A DNA stretch of 64,000 bases from contig OZ234493.1 in assembly GCA_965153455.1 (NCBI GenBank), forward strand, positions 24,914,213 to 24,978,212, given 5' to 3'. Positions 39,001 to 52,310 of the stretch are shown here, in pieces (position 1 is the stretch's first letter; each line of letters begins with the position of its first letter). The notes below the pieces were generated by a model. The model worked only from the letters and a program-made list of their open reading frames with translations. It made no database searches and was not told the origin of the DNA. The stretch comes from Sphagnum compactum (lineage: Eukaryota). The translations under genes were made by a program, and so were the position numbers.

Positions 39001-40441
39001 AAATTGCAACTTTGATTACATCATAAAATTGGGAAATAAACATTATTCCTCATAAAGCCAACCAACTTGTAATTAATTTACCTTATATCCATAAAATGAA
39101 AACAATTACATTGCATTTTCTAGAAGGATTTCGTCTAAATCACTATTTTAAGACCGAACATCTCGTGATAAAACCACTTATAAACCATCAAAAATGTTTT
39201 CAATATTTCCAAACATTCATTGAAAACAAATTTTCATAATAGTTATAACAAACTAATGGAAAACCTACGTTCATTCAACAAAATAGATCACTAAATTTTG
39301 GTTGTTTTCCATTGCCTCCCTATTATCACACTATGTCATGTGCAACTATGATAATAGAAAATTAATGGAAAGAAACTTGATGTCCAACTTCTTCTATGTT
39401 CATTAATACGACCATGTGCCATTAACATAAGCATATTAGACTTTTTGTAAGGTCACCCATCTTAATAATTTTATACTCAAAGTGGGCTTAATTTTATAAT
39501 CCTCAACTTCCACAAAACAAATTGTCAAAAAACCATTTAATAACTTTCATTAATTTCAAATCATGATACTAAATTTAATATCTTTAAACTGCCAAACAAC
39601 AAATATGCACATTATTTTATATAGGGCTAATATATAGTGGCCTAAAGGTAACTTCGACATTAAGAAAAATATTTAACTTGTCATCTATGACTTTTGAATT
39701 TTTACTTGTCATCTTTACCTTTTTATATTAAAGATTTTTATTTTTATTTTTTTCTTTTGTGCATCATGCTTTTTTTACAAATCATATGTCCTTTTTGAAT
39801 GTCCTAAATAACTCATGGTGTGATAATAAGTTTGGCTTGAAGCAACTTCTAATTATTGAAGGGATCAATGGCATTGTTAAATATGACTTTGCATGCAATG
39901 ATTCTATATGGATTTTGGACACAAGCTTTATTTTCAAGTTGAGTGTATAAGTTACAAAATTGTTGATTATTTTCCACTAAATTGTTGATTTCCCATAGTT
40001 GATTGGTACTTTAAATTAGATTAATTTCATGACTTAAATATTTCAATTATTAAATTTTGATTCATTACATTGAATATGTGTTAATGATCCAAAATGCTAG
40101 TCACACAATGCAATGAAATTAGAACAATATATAGGTATCCACTCTTTTAGGAAGGGATATATATATTATTAACCCAAGCCAAAATTGGTGAAAAATAATT
40201 TTAAGAATTAAAAATCTCATGGTAGCAATGAGATGGAACGACATGCATTGCAAAAGGACTAATTAAATTGGGGTTGAAAGTCTTTTGGATTTCAATGTTC
40301 TTACAACATTTTACAATGTGTTTTCACTAGGTTCCCAAAATACAATTATGTTGTGTTCCCCAATTCCCACCCAATAGCACCACATTTTGTTTCATATTAT
40401 TATTCCAATTGGTGGAAAAGTAGAAATCAGCCCCCAAAATA

Positions 40442-40752
40442 GGGCTTTACACTAGGAGTCAAGGCTGAAGTAGCAAAAAAAATAAAAATTCTTTTCAATT
40501 TGCCCCAAGTTACTAATAAATGCTGAACTTTTATGGGCTTGTATTGGCCCCGAGGCTTAAAAAAAGAAGGACACTATCATCCAATGTGGGAGGCCAATTT
40601 GCAAACCCTTGGGGCCAATGTTCAAGCATTCATTAATATCAATGTTCTAGCATTTTATTAGTAACTTGGGGGCGCCAAACAACAAGCACAAAATTGCTCC
40701 AAGTTGGTCCCAAGTTTTTTTTGGGGCACTAACTCCTAGTGTAAAGCGGGCC
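40442..40752. mobile_element. Fold-back MITE (~310 bp), Tourist/Harbinger-like
   Basis: Perfect 16-bp terminal inverted repeat GCTTTACACTAGGAGT (40444-40459) / ACTCCTAGTGTAAAGC (40732-40747). Inner inverted pairs at 40502-40524 / 40649-40671 and ~40544-40555 / 40607-40618. Flanked by TA on the left and TAA on the right; no ORF. Confidence 0.8.
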
Positions 40753-41454
40753 TAACAAAAACCCCAACCCCCATTCCCATCCCCTACTAACCCACATTGA
40801 ATTTACCAAACAAAAATAAATCTACACTAGGCTAAATAAACGAGTTCCAAGACAAAAAAAAGTGGTTGTACTAAACCCCTGGCATACCACCACCAGAAGT
40901 TAAGGTCACCCAGTCTTCACCCTATCTTTGGGCCTCCTTTCACCCCGCTATCCCCCTCTTTGAGTGAGGTACGCGACACGTAAGGAAATTTTGTTTAAAT
41001 CTGGGTATGAAATGGTGAAACTCAGTATTTAATGCTCAAAGGGGTCGAGAGTAACTATAATAGTTGTACAGGTGGGAGCAATGAAAATATATGTAGCAGC
41101 AGTGGAGGCCATCAGGAAATAGGAAATAAGAGGAGGGGTGAAAACAGGATGAAACTCAGTTTACCCACACCAAAAAAAATGGTGCACTTCTGGATGGACC
41201 AAACTCAGGGTTCTGGTGCTGTGTTTTCCTGACTTTACGGGAAAAACGCTATCCAAAGCGGGGTTTATAGGTACCCACAACAATACCCCCAAAAAAAAAA
41301 CCAAAAGAAATGTGCCATACTTGTGTAATAACTTGTGCAAATAATTTTTTAATCCTTCTTGCTTTTCTCACTTGTACCCACATGATGAAATATGTAAATG
41401 ATGAAATATTTATCTTTATCTTTACAATGTTAAATGTTCATCATTTATGCTTAC

Positions 41455-42150
41455 CCCAAAACCCTAATCCCACTTCATCCATTGAATGGAGAAAGACAAG
41501 AAAACGAAAGAGAAAAAGAAAAAAAAAGAAAGCCTAATCCGTTTCATCAATTTACTAATTTAGATTCAATATTTTGGGGACTTGGTCCTGACGTGGAGAA
41601 AGAAAAGAAAAAGAAACCCTAATCTGGTGCTTCACCAATTATTAGATGTACTTCCTCATTTAGGACTTGGTCCTTATGTGGAGAAAAGAAGGTAAAAAGA
41701 AAAACTCTCTAATCCCACTTCATCCACATTAGACTTAGTCTTTTGGAAGTTGGTCCTTCCTTATGTGGAGAAAGAAGGTACAAAGCAAAACCCTAATTCC
41801 AGTTCATCCATTAGACTTAGTCTTTCGGGACTTGGTCCTTATGTGAAGGTGAAAAGAAGGTAAAAAAGAAAAACCCTAATCCCCTGTTTCATCCATTAGA
41901 CTTAGTCTTTTGGGACTTGGTCCTTATGTGAAGGTGAAAAGAACGTAAAAAAGAAAAACCCTAATCCCCTGTTTCATCCATTAGACTTAGTCTTTTGGGA
42001 CTTGGTCCTTATGCGAAAGTAAAATGAAGCTAAAAAAGGAAAACCCTAAACCTTAATGTGAGGAAAGAAGGTAAAAAAAGGAAAACCCTAATCCCCCGCT
42101 CACTTCATCCATCAGACAGTCTTTTGGGACTTGGTCCTTATGTGGAGGTG
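41455..42150. repeat. Minisatellite, ~8 x 83-87 bp, most units carrying a telo-box (AAACCCTAA)
   Basis: Unit AAAGAAGGTAAAAAAGAAAAACCCTAATCCCCTGTTTCATCCATTAGACTTAGTCTTTTGGGACTTGGTCCTTATGTG(G/A)A. Telo-box or variant at ~41458, 41530, 41614, 41702, 41788, 41871, 41956, 42041 and 42083. Confidence 0.92.
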
Positions 42151-42189
42151 AACGAACAGAAAAGAAATTGAAAAAGAAGAAATGAACTG

Positions 42190-42430
42190 AGTTCGTTCGT
42201 TCCTCCGTCCGTCCGTTTCGTTCGTTCGTTCGTTCTTTCGTTCGTTCCTCCGTTGGTTGGCCAAAAGCCTTGGGCGAGCGCGCTTCGTCGTGCGCACGCA
42301 CGCACGCACTTTCCCGCAACAAACGCTTCGCGCTTTCACGACAAACCATCGCGCACTCGCTCCGTTCTCGCGCACCAATTACGAGCTGCGCAGCAGCACT
42401 TGGCCGCCAAAATTTCCGCTTCCACAGGTA
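42190..42430 (+). promoter_or_regulatory. CpG-rich promoter / first non-coding exon of the ArfGAP gene, with (TTCG)n and (GCAC)n microsatellites
   Basis: Abrupt CpG-rich island in CpG-poor DNA. Candidate 5'UTR donor CAG|GTACG at ~42428 lies ahead of the ATG at 43763. Confidence 0.55.
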
Positions 42431-43762
42431 CGTTTTGTGTTCTAGGTTGTATTATGTTTTTCTTGCTTCTTTCCATAAACGATTTGCATGAAAATTTGTG
42501 CTATTTTCACTCTGTACCTTACCTATGTGTGTGTCCTCTGGAGAGAAAGGAATCGAAGAGCTGCTGCCGCTGTAGCAATTTGCAGTGTTTTTGTTGCAAG
42601 CGTCCAAGAAAAATTATTAGGATTAGGATTAGGATTTTGTATGTCTCTGTATGTGTGTGTTTATTGCTGTGTTTTCCCGTTTTGGACGCAGAAGGCAGCC
42701 TCTGAGCAGGTATTGTCTGTGCTGAAGCTCTTAGGGTCTTTTGGTGCAAGACAGTTGTTGTCGTTGTCGTTGCTGCTGCAGCTCATGTGCTCTATGTTTG
42801 AAACGGGTTTTCGTCTGTTTCTTTGTCCTCTATGACTAATTTCGCAAATTCTTAGTTCTGTAGTTTTGGTTTCTCGTTCTTTCTTTCTGTTGTTGTTGTT
42901 GATTATGATGGCTTTGAGGAGTTTCTTTTGTGGTTAAGTGTCAAGACTGGAGACTGGACTTGTGGTTGCTTCTTAAAGGCTGCTTTTTTGTTTCCCTTCT
43001 CGTTGGCAATTCTTTCTTCTGCATGCATGCATCAGGAGTCTTCTTGATTCATCATTATATAGCTGGAGTTTTCTGTGGCAGGCAGCAAATTGTTTTGAGT
43101 TGCAGATGGTTTTGTCTCAGTTGTACTTCCACTGACTGCTTCAGGAGTGTGGTTGCCTGTGTATGTTTTCCTTTCTTGAGGAGTCTAGAACCAATTTCGC
43201 CTGGAGTGTTTTCAGTTTTTTCAGTGCATACATTATTGTCTTTTTTTAAACAAGGAATTTTTCTTTTAGAGCTAGCCTTTTGACTAAGAAAAAAATGCTA
43301 TAGCACTCTGGAGATAATAAGGACTCGGCTTGCTTGTTATTATGTACTCTGTTCTCCAATGTGTCAAGGAATCGACTGTTGTTGGGGCTGATTCTAGGGT
43401 CTTGACCTTGCAGCCCTTTTGAGTATGTTTGTTTCAAGCTTTGGTGCATTGTTGAGCAAATTGCAACAGAAGACAGTGCTCATGCAGCTTGATTGCAGTG
43501 GCAAATGTCATGTCATGTCCACTTTTATTGCAATGGTGGATGTCACGTCTGCTTTCTGCGCTCTTTTCTTTTCCAAAAGTTGTTGCTTGAGAGTCTGTGC
43601 TAACAATTGAAAGACTGGCTGGTTGCATTAGAAGTTTGTGTATCTTAGAATCTTCAACTGCTCTGTACATGTTGGATGTTTACCAGTGCATATGTGTGCA
43701 TTTTTTGTAGGCTGTGGTTTTGGGTGTGATCTTGGTACCAATCCTTGTAGCAGCCAGGAAAA

Positions 43763-46700
43763 ATGGGGAGTAGAGTGAAGGAAGATGAGAAGAATGAAAT
43801 GATTATAAGACGGTTGCTGAAGCTTCCTGAAAACAAACGGTGTATCAATTGTGGCAGTCAGGTTAATCTTGAAACCTGCACATCGCTTCTAGGTTTTCAA
43901 ACTGGTTTTGATGGATTGTGTCCTTTTGATAAAACAGCTCAGGTGTGCTGACACAAAATCATGTGGGACTTTTCAGGGGCCTCAATATGTCTGTACAAAT
44001 TTCTCCACATTTGTTTGCACACAATGCAGTGGAGTGCAGTAAGTGGCAAACCTCTGCATCTGAAAGTTGTGTATTCAGTGTCGTCAGGCCTAAAATTTCG
44101 GGTTTTGCCTCAAGAAGGGCTTGTGTCTTGAATCAAATGGTGAAGAATCCAACCATGGCAGGCACTAGATTGAATAGTTTAGGATGAGAATAGGGTTTGA
44201 GCATCATTTAACTTCCCAAGCAATAAGTTCATGTGAGCTCAAAAGTTGCATATGTTGGAGAGAATCAAATGGTGGAAAAAACTGGCAAAAATTGGCTGAA
44301 GAGAACACCATATTTCAAATTAGCAAAATGTGTATCTTTTGGGTGTTTATGCAGTCGGGAGTTCACACATCGCATCAAATCAATTTCAATGGCAAAGTTC
44401 ACTACAGCAGAAGTGGTTGCTTTACAACAAGGTGGAAATGAGGTACAGCTGCATCTCTTGAATATTAGTTGACATTATTACTGAGTCTTTCTGTTGCCTT
44501 CTGGACACGCAACAGGAGTCTAGTTTTTGTACAATTGTTTGGTCTAAGTTTTGAGCAGCTTGCTATATACTCAGGGTGTTGAAAGCCCAAACCCTACCCT
44601 TTATGTAGGCCTCTCTATGCCTTTGGCTTAGATGATTGCTTTTACAGTGATGAGCTAAAATTAAATGAAGCTCACCCTCTCCATCTGGTTGCAGCTTGGA
44701 TGAAGATACTATTGACTTTTTAAAAAAAGAAATCTATATCTTTTGAGTGATACCAAACATCATGACTGAGTCTTCCTATCACTTACAGAAATGTGACAGA
44801 AACTCAGGATGCAGAGCCTTTATAGCGGCTCGTGCAACATGATGGGTGGATTATAAATGTATTTATCTACAACCACTTTTGAGAGCTGTGGAAGTTAGTG
44901 GGTAGTCATGGCAGATTGTCACTGCTATCTGTGACGAAGGTGAGGGTCTGACACTTTGTGAGTTACTCTCACAAGGTTATGACTGCACTCATTGTCGTGT
45001 TACCTTCAAATTGTTGTTGTGGAGATTCCTCTGCAATTTCATAGACATATTGGTTACCTTAAATGTTTTTGTGGAATTTCTCTCTGCATTACATGGCTAT
45101 ACATACTAGTTTGGTCCCAAGAACTTTAGAAGGTTTACTCTGCAAGGGCATGGGAGAAAAGAAAGAGCCTGTAATAGTCCATGTGAACACTAAATTGCCA
45201 AAGAAACCAGACACATTCAGTCAAAGGAGACTGCCAAACTGGTACGTTGTTTTCCCAGAGTTCCTTCTATGACTTTATTTCTTGCTTGGTCAATTTTGCT
45301 AATATCTTTGTCACTATTGCTGGCAGCGTGCCCGCTCTATTTTTTTCAAAAGTATGGATCCAGTGCGAAACCCTCTTCCAGACAGTAGGTGAGAAAAGTC
45401 ATACTCCCTCAGAAGGTCCCTGGTATGGTGTGTTGTGTTTGCAAGTTTTGGAGCAAGAATTACCTTGGGAACCCAGTGTGTAGAAGCTATTCACTTATTT
45501 CTTTGGTTTGACTATGTGGATTGATATGTGGCATGTGTTATTCTCCATTCTGTTGCGTTGATAATTTGGAAACTTTTGGTTTCAGGTGTAGACTATGCTG
45601 ACCTTTTTTGTGTGGAATGGTGATGGTGTGTGCTTGTGTTCTGTAGTGATATCAATAAGCTGCGAGACTTTATTAAGCATGTGTATGTAGAGAAGCGCTT
45701 TTCAGGAGATCGACCAGTTGTGAAAGGCCAACAGGTTGGGCTCTCTCTATTTTTCTAAGGTGCACTGTAGGTGGTTGGATTTTTCTAGAAGTCCTCCTTA
45801 GATTCTGAAAGTTCTATTCAAGCCTGCTTTAGTTTTTATGCAGGGGATAAGTCCACCTGTGATGAGCCACTCACTGTTCTATGTCTTTGTAGATCTTTCT
45901 AGTGTGAAGAGCATCATTATGGAAGTCAGATTGGCCAGTTCTTTAAAATTTCTTTTTGATTGTAGGATTCTATCTTTCTTTCCAGTTTAAAGGTCAAGAT
46001 AAGCTGGTATTTGGCCCTAGAGTAGCCCTAGTACCTTTCATCAATCTCAAGACCATGTTCTATGTGGCAATTGTGGTGATAATGTCTTCTCTTCTCCCTC
46101 TTTAGCAATTTGTTCCTTGTGTGAACAGGATGATAGAGGTCATGGTTTCTGGAAGCCTGAGGAGGCAAAGGGTCATCAGGCAGAACCAAGGAGCCTGTCC
46201 TTTGATGATCGTGTTGGTGACCGGCAGCCCCCCTGGAAATCAGATATTGATGAGAAACGAAGCTCTAACCGCTCTGACCCAGAGCGCTGGCCTGCTCGTC
46301 ACAGTTATGATGAGCATGACCGTCCAAATGAAGAACACTCATCAAATGACAGTAACAGAGAAAGACGCAAGTTCTCACGTCCTTTTAGTCTCAGAGATTT
46401 TGACTTCACTCCTCCACCTGTCCAGTCTGTCAAGGACATACTTGGTGACAATGTTCCTCCTCTCCGAGTAGAGTATCGGAAGAAGGAGGGTGCAGACAAT
46501 GACTTGGATTCTCCTGCACTAGGATCTCCGGTAAGCTTCTGAAGATCCATGTGTGACTTCTGGTGCATGTCAGATCAATGGTACATTCTCTGGTATGCAT
46601 CTATTCTTCAACTTCCTTGTGAAAATATTGTGTTGTCTAATACTGTCCTCAATGAGATTAGGGATCCATTATACAGGAAGAACTAACTCACCACCTAAGA

Positions 46701-49700
46701 GATTCCACATGGAAATGCACCTCACGTCTTGCATCCTTAATCCATGCAAGCCATCTTGAAGAACTTGAGGCTTCTCTTGTAATTTTTTGGATTTAGCAAT
46801 GACCCAAGGTGTAAAGGCTTAAGCATTGAAATTCTACACATTTGTTCTCAGCTAGAGTACTCAGCAGGTATTTGACATGATTTATATGTCTCATGTCTGT
46901 CTAATTCCACCAAATTAGCAATAGTTGATAGTCAGTTTCATAAGCTCCTATGGCTTTATGGCTCAAAGGAATTCTTTGTAGCTTAATTGGTGAACATAAT
47001 TAGCCCTCTTCAAAATTTGTATTAAAATGAACCAGAGGTTTCCCTAACACAGAAATTGTGTTTGGCCTTTTGAGTCTTCAAAATGATCTTTCAAGTGGCT
47101 TCTTAATCCTGTGTGTTGAGCTTAATGTCCACTTTGTTCTCGCAAGATCATGCTTGTAAAGTTCTCCTTCTTGTTTCTCTCTTTTCTTCTTCCTCCCTAG
47201 CTATTTTTCCCCCAGGTTGACTTAAATTGCAAGTATGGAGAAATTCTCAATAACTATGAAGATTTTTGGTTTTTTTTGTTTTTTGTGTGTTCCCTCTTTG
47301 TTCTTTTTTCTGTTGGTTATCTTTCATGCTTCATTGAGCCAGCGTCATGCTAACTCTTCCTGTTACTGCTTGTCTTGTTACAGAAACTTATATACAACAT
47401 TGAACCACTGCTAGAAGTAATGAAGTTAGTGTGATATTATGGTAGCTGATCACTACCATATGTGTTGCTATTGTTGAACATGCCTGTGTGACTGCTCACT
47501 GTTGTTCAAACTTCTCATCAAGTTTTTCTCTGTTCTTTAGGTTTGGGTCTCCTCTTTATTGTGTTGACTATTGCTTTGTGGGATCTGAAATCTCTTTTGC
47601 TATTGTGTCATCTCTCAATCCTATTTAGGTTGACTTGAATTGTAACTATTGAGAAATTCTCAATACGTATGAAGAGAGATTCCTTGTTCTCAAATGTTGT
47701 GAAAGCTCGGGTGCAAATGCAAAGTTTTCTTTTGGGAATTCTTTCTGTGAATATCTAATCTTTCTGAGAAGGTGGTGTTTGTTTTGACTGCACTCTTGTG
47801 TTTTCCTCTGTTTTGGTGGGGTTCGGGGGAATGGTTATGTTTTGTCTTAAAGCAAGTTTCCTCATTTTCAAATTTTATGATCATGAGCAGGCTGAGGCAC
47901 ACAAGAATCAACGGTCCCAGAGTATGGGTGCACTGACTGGCAGAAGATCCCCAACATCTGCAGCCCCCTCCAAAATGTCGAACTCAGGAAGCTTTATTGA
48001 CTTTAATGAAGAACCTGCGCCTACATCCAATGCACCTGCAGCAGACCTTGTTGTAGAATCTTCACAAGAGACTACAGCCCCCTCTAATAGCACAGATTGG
48101 GCCACATTCAACTCAGCAACTCTGGCAGTTGCTCCTCCTCCACCAGGCTATCCTGAAATGCCAGCCCCCAAAAATGATCAAGTGCAGTGGAGTGCAGCGG
48201 CATGGCCATCAAACTCAGGCTTCGTGCCTTGGTCACTTGGAGTGACAAGTCATTCTCTGTCTTCCTTGCAGGTGACCACCTCACAGTTTTGCTGTACTGG
48301 TTCATGCATATATCAAATGACAGGCTTTGCTGCATCTCTCCTACTCTGCCTAAGGAATATTCAAATACTAAGTTGGGAAGACTTCTGCATTAGATGTTCA
48401 ATGGTAATAATACCTCTGGTACTCATTCTTGCTGCAATTTAGCACCAATGTGACACATCTACTTAATGTTGCAGACAGGATCTTTGCAAGAGCAACACAC
48501 TGGTGTGTCCTCTGGTGCAATGCCAACCTCACCAAGCTCAGCCCCAAAGCAACGGCGGGAGATTCCTCAGGTCTACTTTTCATACTCATCTTTCCTGAGG
48601 AAGCTTTAAATAACCCTTGAAAGGCCCTGCATGCTTTTGGGGCTGACAAGTACCTGCCGTAACATAAATAGGGTCATTGGGATTCTCAATCTGTAGGTGA
48701 TTCTCAATCATCTAGTGTCATTGTAATGTTGTTAGGCCAAGAAATGGTGCTGTTCGCAGTAGATTTGGGGGATTGTTGACTATGTGAAGGGGTTATTCTA
48801 AGAATTGTCATTTCTGTATCAATTTCTTGCTAGTGACATGTATGTAGCTTTATCATGAGATTAGTTGAGTCTTCATCATGGCATAAATTGATGGATATGG
48901 TCAAGGCAATGTTATCGTTAGCACTCATGCAGGAACCTAAGAGGAAACCATGTTGGGAGTTGCAGGACTTTTTTGTACCCACTTTTCTTGATGCTAGCAC
49001 CCTTAATGCACAGATGGAACAACAGGCACAATTTCCTGGTTTTCATCCAGCAGGACAGCAATTTGAAGATCCATTTGGAAATGCTTATGTTCCGGTAAAG
49101 TCCAGTTATCTTTAACCTCGTGTTGTGTAGAAGAACAAAAAAGGAGTTTTCATCTGCCTTGTTAAATGCTGGGATCTTTAAGCTCTTGCTGAGAAAAGGT
49201 CTGATACAACTCTAAATTTGAGCAGTCACAGTTTCAAAATTGACCTATATTCATGATTTTGACTACTGGATGAAGAGTTCTTGGAATGGTTGTTGGGAAA
49301 TACATTAAGGTGATTATCATGCTTTGTTTTAGCAGGGAGTGATGCCTGGTCACACACCAACAACATCTAGGACCAGGAACCCATTTGATGATGATGATGA
49401 CGATGATGAGCCTTCTCAAAATCAAGGGACCATGACCCCATTTCCTGGAGTTTTGACCACACAACAGGTTCAATTCTTTTGATTTCCTAAACCGGTGTCA
49501 AGGTTTGATGTATTTCAGTAAAGGTACATGGGGCTCGCAGAGATTTTACTCAAGATTTTAGGTGATTTTAAGCAGATAGTACTAATGAGCACATACTAGT
49601 TATCCAGGTTGTTTAAGCCCCACAGATTATATACTGAATGTCGCTGTTTGTGAGCATGGGTGAGTCAATGCAGGCAATTACACTGCCAGCAATATCTTCG

Positions 49701-50661
49701 ACTATGTCAGGTCAGTTTTCGGGCATTGATGAATCAATGCAAGGGAGGTTAAGCCCAACAATGTCATTGCCAAATCCTGTTTCTACCTCTCTTGAGTTTC
49801 CAAGCATGGACTCACTGCAAGCAGCACTTCCACCTGTGATGCCATGGTCTACTACTGTTCCACAGTATCCACTTCCACCAAATTCTACTTCAGGTGCATG
49901 GACTCTCAATAAATTTCTTCTCCTACCTTGGATTCAGGCACATATTAAAAGAAAGTGAAGTTTTCATGGTATCAGTGAATTGGTTTGTAATTCAAGAGGC
50001 ATGGAGAGTTCTGAACATCACCCTTGGCTTTGCACATGTTTCAATTCAATTAGAGTAATCAGATATTGCGGTGGTGATATGTTAGGGCTTTATAGTGTCA
50101 CTTGCTGTATCTTCACTCATCGGTTCAAGATTCACAAATTTTCCGTTCAGTGAGCTTCTTGACAGATATCGGAATCTCTTATGCTCTCACAGGGATCAGT
50201 ATGCCTCATTGGTGTGTCAAAGACCTCTGATGAATGGTTTTGTTCTTCTTCCTGTAGGTGCTGTTTTCGGTGGCCAGATCACACACAATATGATGCCCTC
50301 ACCAATGCTGTAAGTAAAAATGTTGTTAGGTTAGATGTAGTTGTGCTTTCTGGATTTTTGTGGATGAGGGGAGGATAAAGAAGTTGTGCTTTACAGTGTG
50401 GGCCTCTGTGGGGATGTTGATATCATCATTGCCCTGTGCTCCTTGTCTTGGTTTTCTTGGCTTTGAAGTACGCAAGGAAGATTCTTGTCCATCTGGTGTA
50501 AACATGTATTTTGAACCTTTGAATGGTGAGCGTGCAGGACAGTGGAGGCATCAGGAATGTTCACAGCTGGTCCCAGCTTCCCTGCAGAAGCTTCATACTC
50601 TGGAACACAGCTATATACTCAAACCATCATGCGCCCAGCAGGTTACAACCCATTTGCTTAA
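43763..50661 (+). CDS. AGD14: ArfGAP-domain protein, AGD14/NIG-like (AGFG/HRB type), with NPF motifs
   Basis: MGSRVKEDEKNEMIIRRLLKLPENKRCINCGSQ|GPQYVCTNFSTFVCTQCSGVH|REFTHRIKSISMAKFTTAEVVALQQGGNE|RARSIFF...PLPDS|SDINKLRDFIKHVYVEKRFSG contains the CX2CX16CX2C zinc finger and catalytic Arg. Later exons carry IDF, DWATF, NPFDDDD and FPSMDSLQAALP, ending GYNPFA* (TAA 50659-50661). Confidence 0.9.
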
Positions 50662-52310
50662 TATTCTGTTAGATCCTCACTCTGAGCCACTTGAGTGTGT
50701 ATGGGCACGTTTTTGTGAGAAGGATATGTCTTTCTGATGACATTGCACTTACATTAGATACAACCGTGGTATTCCAAGTCTCAAGTCTGGTGGATTGTGT
50801 GGGTGAGTGTTGAGCATGTATGTGGATTCTTGTGTACCCAGTACATAATGGGTAAAATGAGACTAAATGTCTAGTGGTCATCAATCCAATAACTGCGAAG
50901 TTTTCTGGGTATAATTCATTCACAGGTGCATTGCTAAGCACCAGGTAAACTCCATATAATAACCGAGGTAATAATAACTACGTATAAACCTACATGCTAG
51001 AATCTGAGAAGGATCTCAAATGAGCAACTGAATGTTCTGAAAGCGTGCAGTGAGTGAGTGCAACTATATGAAAGAAATCTCAGGTATGAAAATTCTGCAG
51101 CTCTTGTATTGGGTGCAAAAATACTTTGCCGAACATTTTTCTGGACTTTTTGCTATTAGTGATTTCAATGAACCAGCTTTCTGATCTGCAATTAAGTTAT
51201 CACACAGTAATGAAACAAGTTTGTTATTCCTCAGTGGAACATTCTCCAATCTGCAATCAAGGAGAGGAGCTAAGGAGCATGATGAGGACACAAAACAGAA
51301 AACCTGATGTAAAGGCAAAGCCACATGTTGTAGCCCATGAAAGAGAACCCATCAGGTGTTATTTTGAATCTGTTTGACGGGTTTTCATAATACTCATGTG
51401 GGCTGTCTCTTGAAGCTATTGGGTGTGTTGCTTTAATCTGCTGTGAAAGTCATATACTATGTTAAGGGTATCTCTCACTGTTTTATCAGTTTCTGCTCAA
51501 ATTTGATATTGTGATTTGAGTGCTCTGAGAAACTGGTATTCATTTGTTTGGTCTTGTGATTGCCGCAGGATTGTGAGCTGTCTTTTGCATTTCTGTGAAT
51601 TCTTTGTCTTCTGTGCACTTTCAGCCAACAACTGTGTGTGTGAAAGTGGGAAGGACTTGGGAAGGAATTAAATGCTTCTAAGATCCTTCATACAATTGCC
51701 AATAAGATTGTGGGCTTTGTTTTGTGCATTTCTGTAAATCCTCATCTGCTGAGCTCTTTTCACCCACAAACTGCATGAAAGTTGGAAGGTCCCTAAAGAC
51801 TATTTGCTGTGTACCTTTACTCAACCAGTGATGCTTTATTGTCAATAGTCCTCTGCAGATGTGATTTCCTGTAAAGAAAAGAGACTATGGGATAGGGATT
51901 TTCTGCTAAATGTTGCTACACCCTTAGCACCAAAACCAATCACCTAAAAGATCCAATTCTTGATTGAATTTTTGCAACTTTTTTTTGGATACAATTAATA
52001 GATAAATCATATGCCAAGAAGTCTGGTTGTTGCATTGTGCGATGTTTCTTACTGATAGCAAGTGTGCTCTAGCAATCACTAGGTGATGATGACCTTCCAC
52101 CCTATATACAACACACACTGAAAATGCCTGAAGAAGGAAACCTCACAGACAATAGTTGCTGTTTATCAGCATGCTGAGGCTTGAATAGCTACAAAGACTT
52201 AAGAGCATTCTCCTCCTCATACTCACTTATGGACAATGCCTTTATATGCACAACAATGCATACCAATTGAGGGGAAAGAATCACCTGAAAAAGAACGCAC
52301 AGAAATTCAA

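Noticed and set aside
36700-40300. Possible further transposon coding relics in AT-rich DNA (also 29300-30990)
   Set aside because: No ordered diagnostic motifs could be recovered by eye.
41455-42150. CRISPR array or true telomere
   Set aside because: Whole units are homologous with no unique spacers, and each carries only a single telomeric motif.
42053-43283. Cluster of overlapping ORFs on both strands (likewise 58963-60250)
   Set aside because: They arise from GC-rich, microsatellite-containing promoter/UTR sequence and have no protein-like features.
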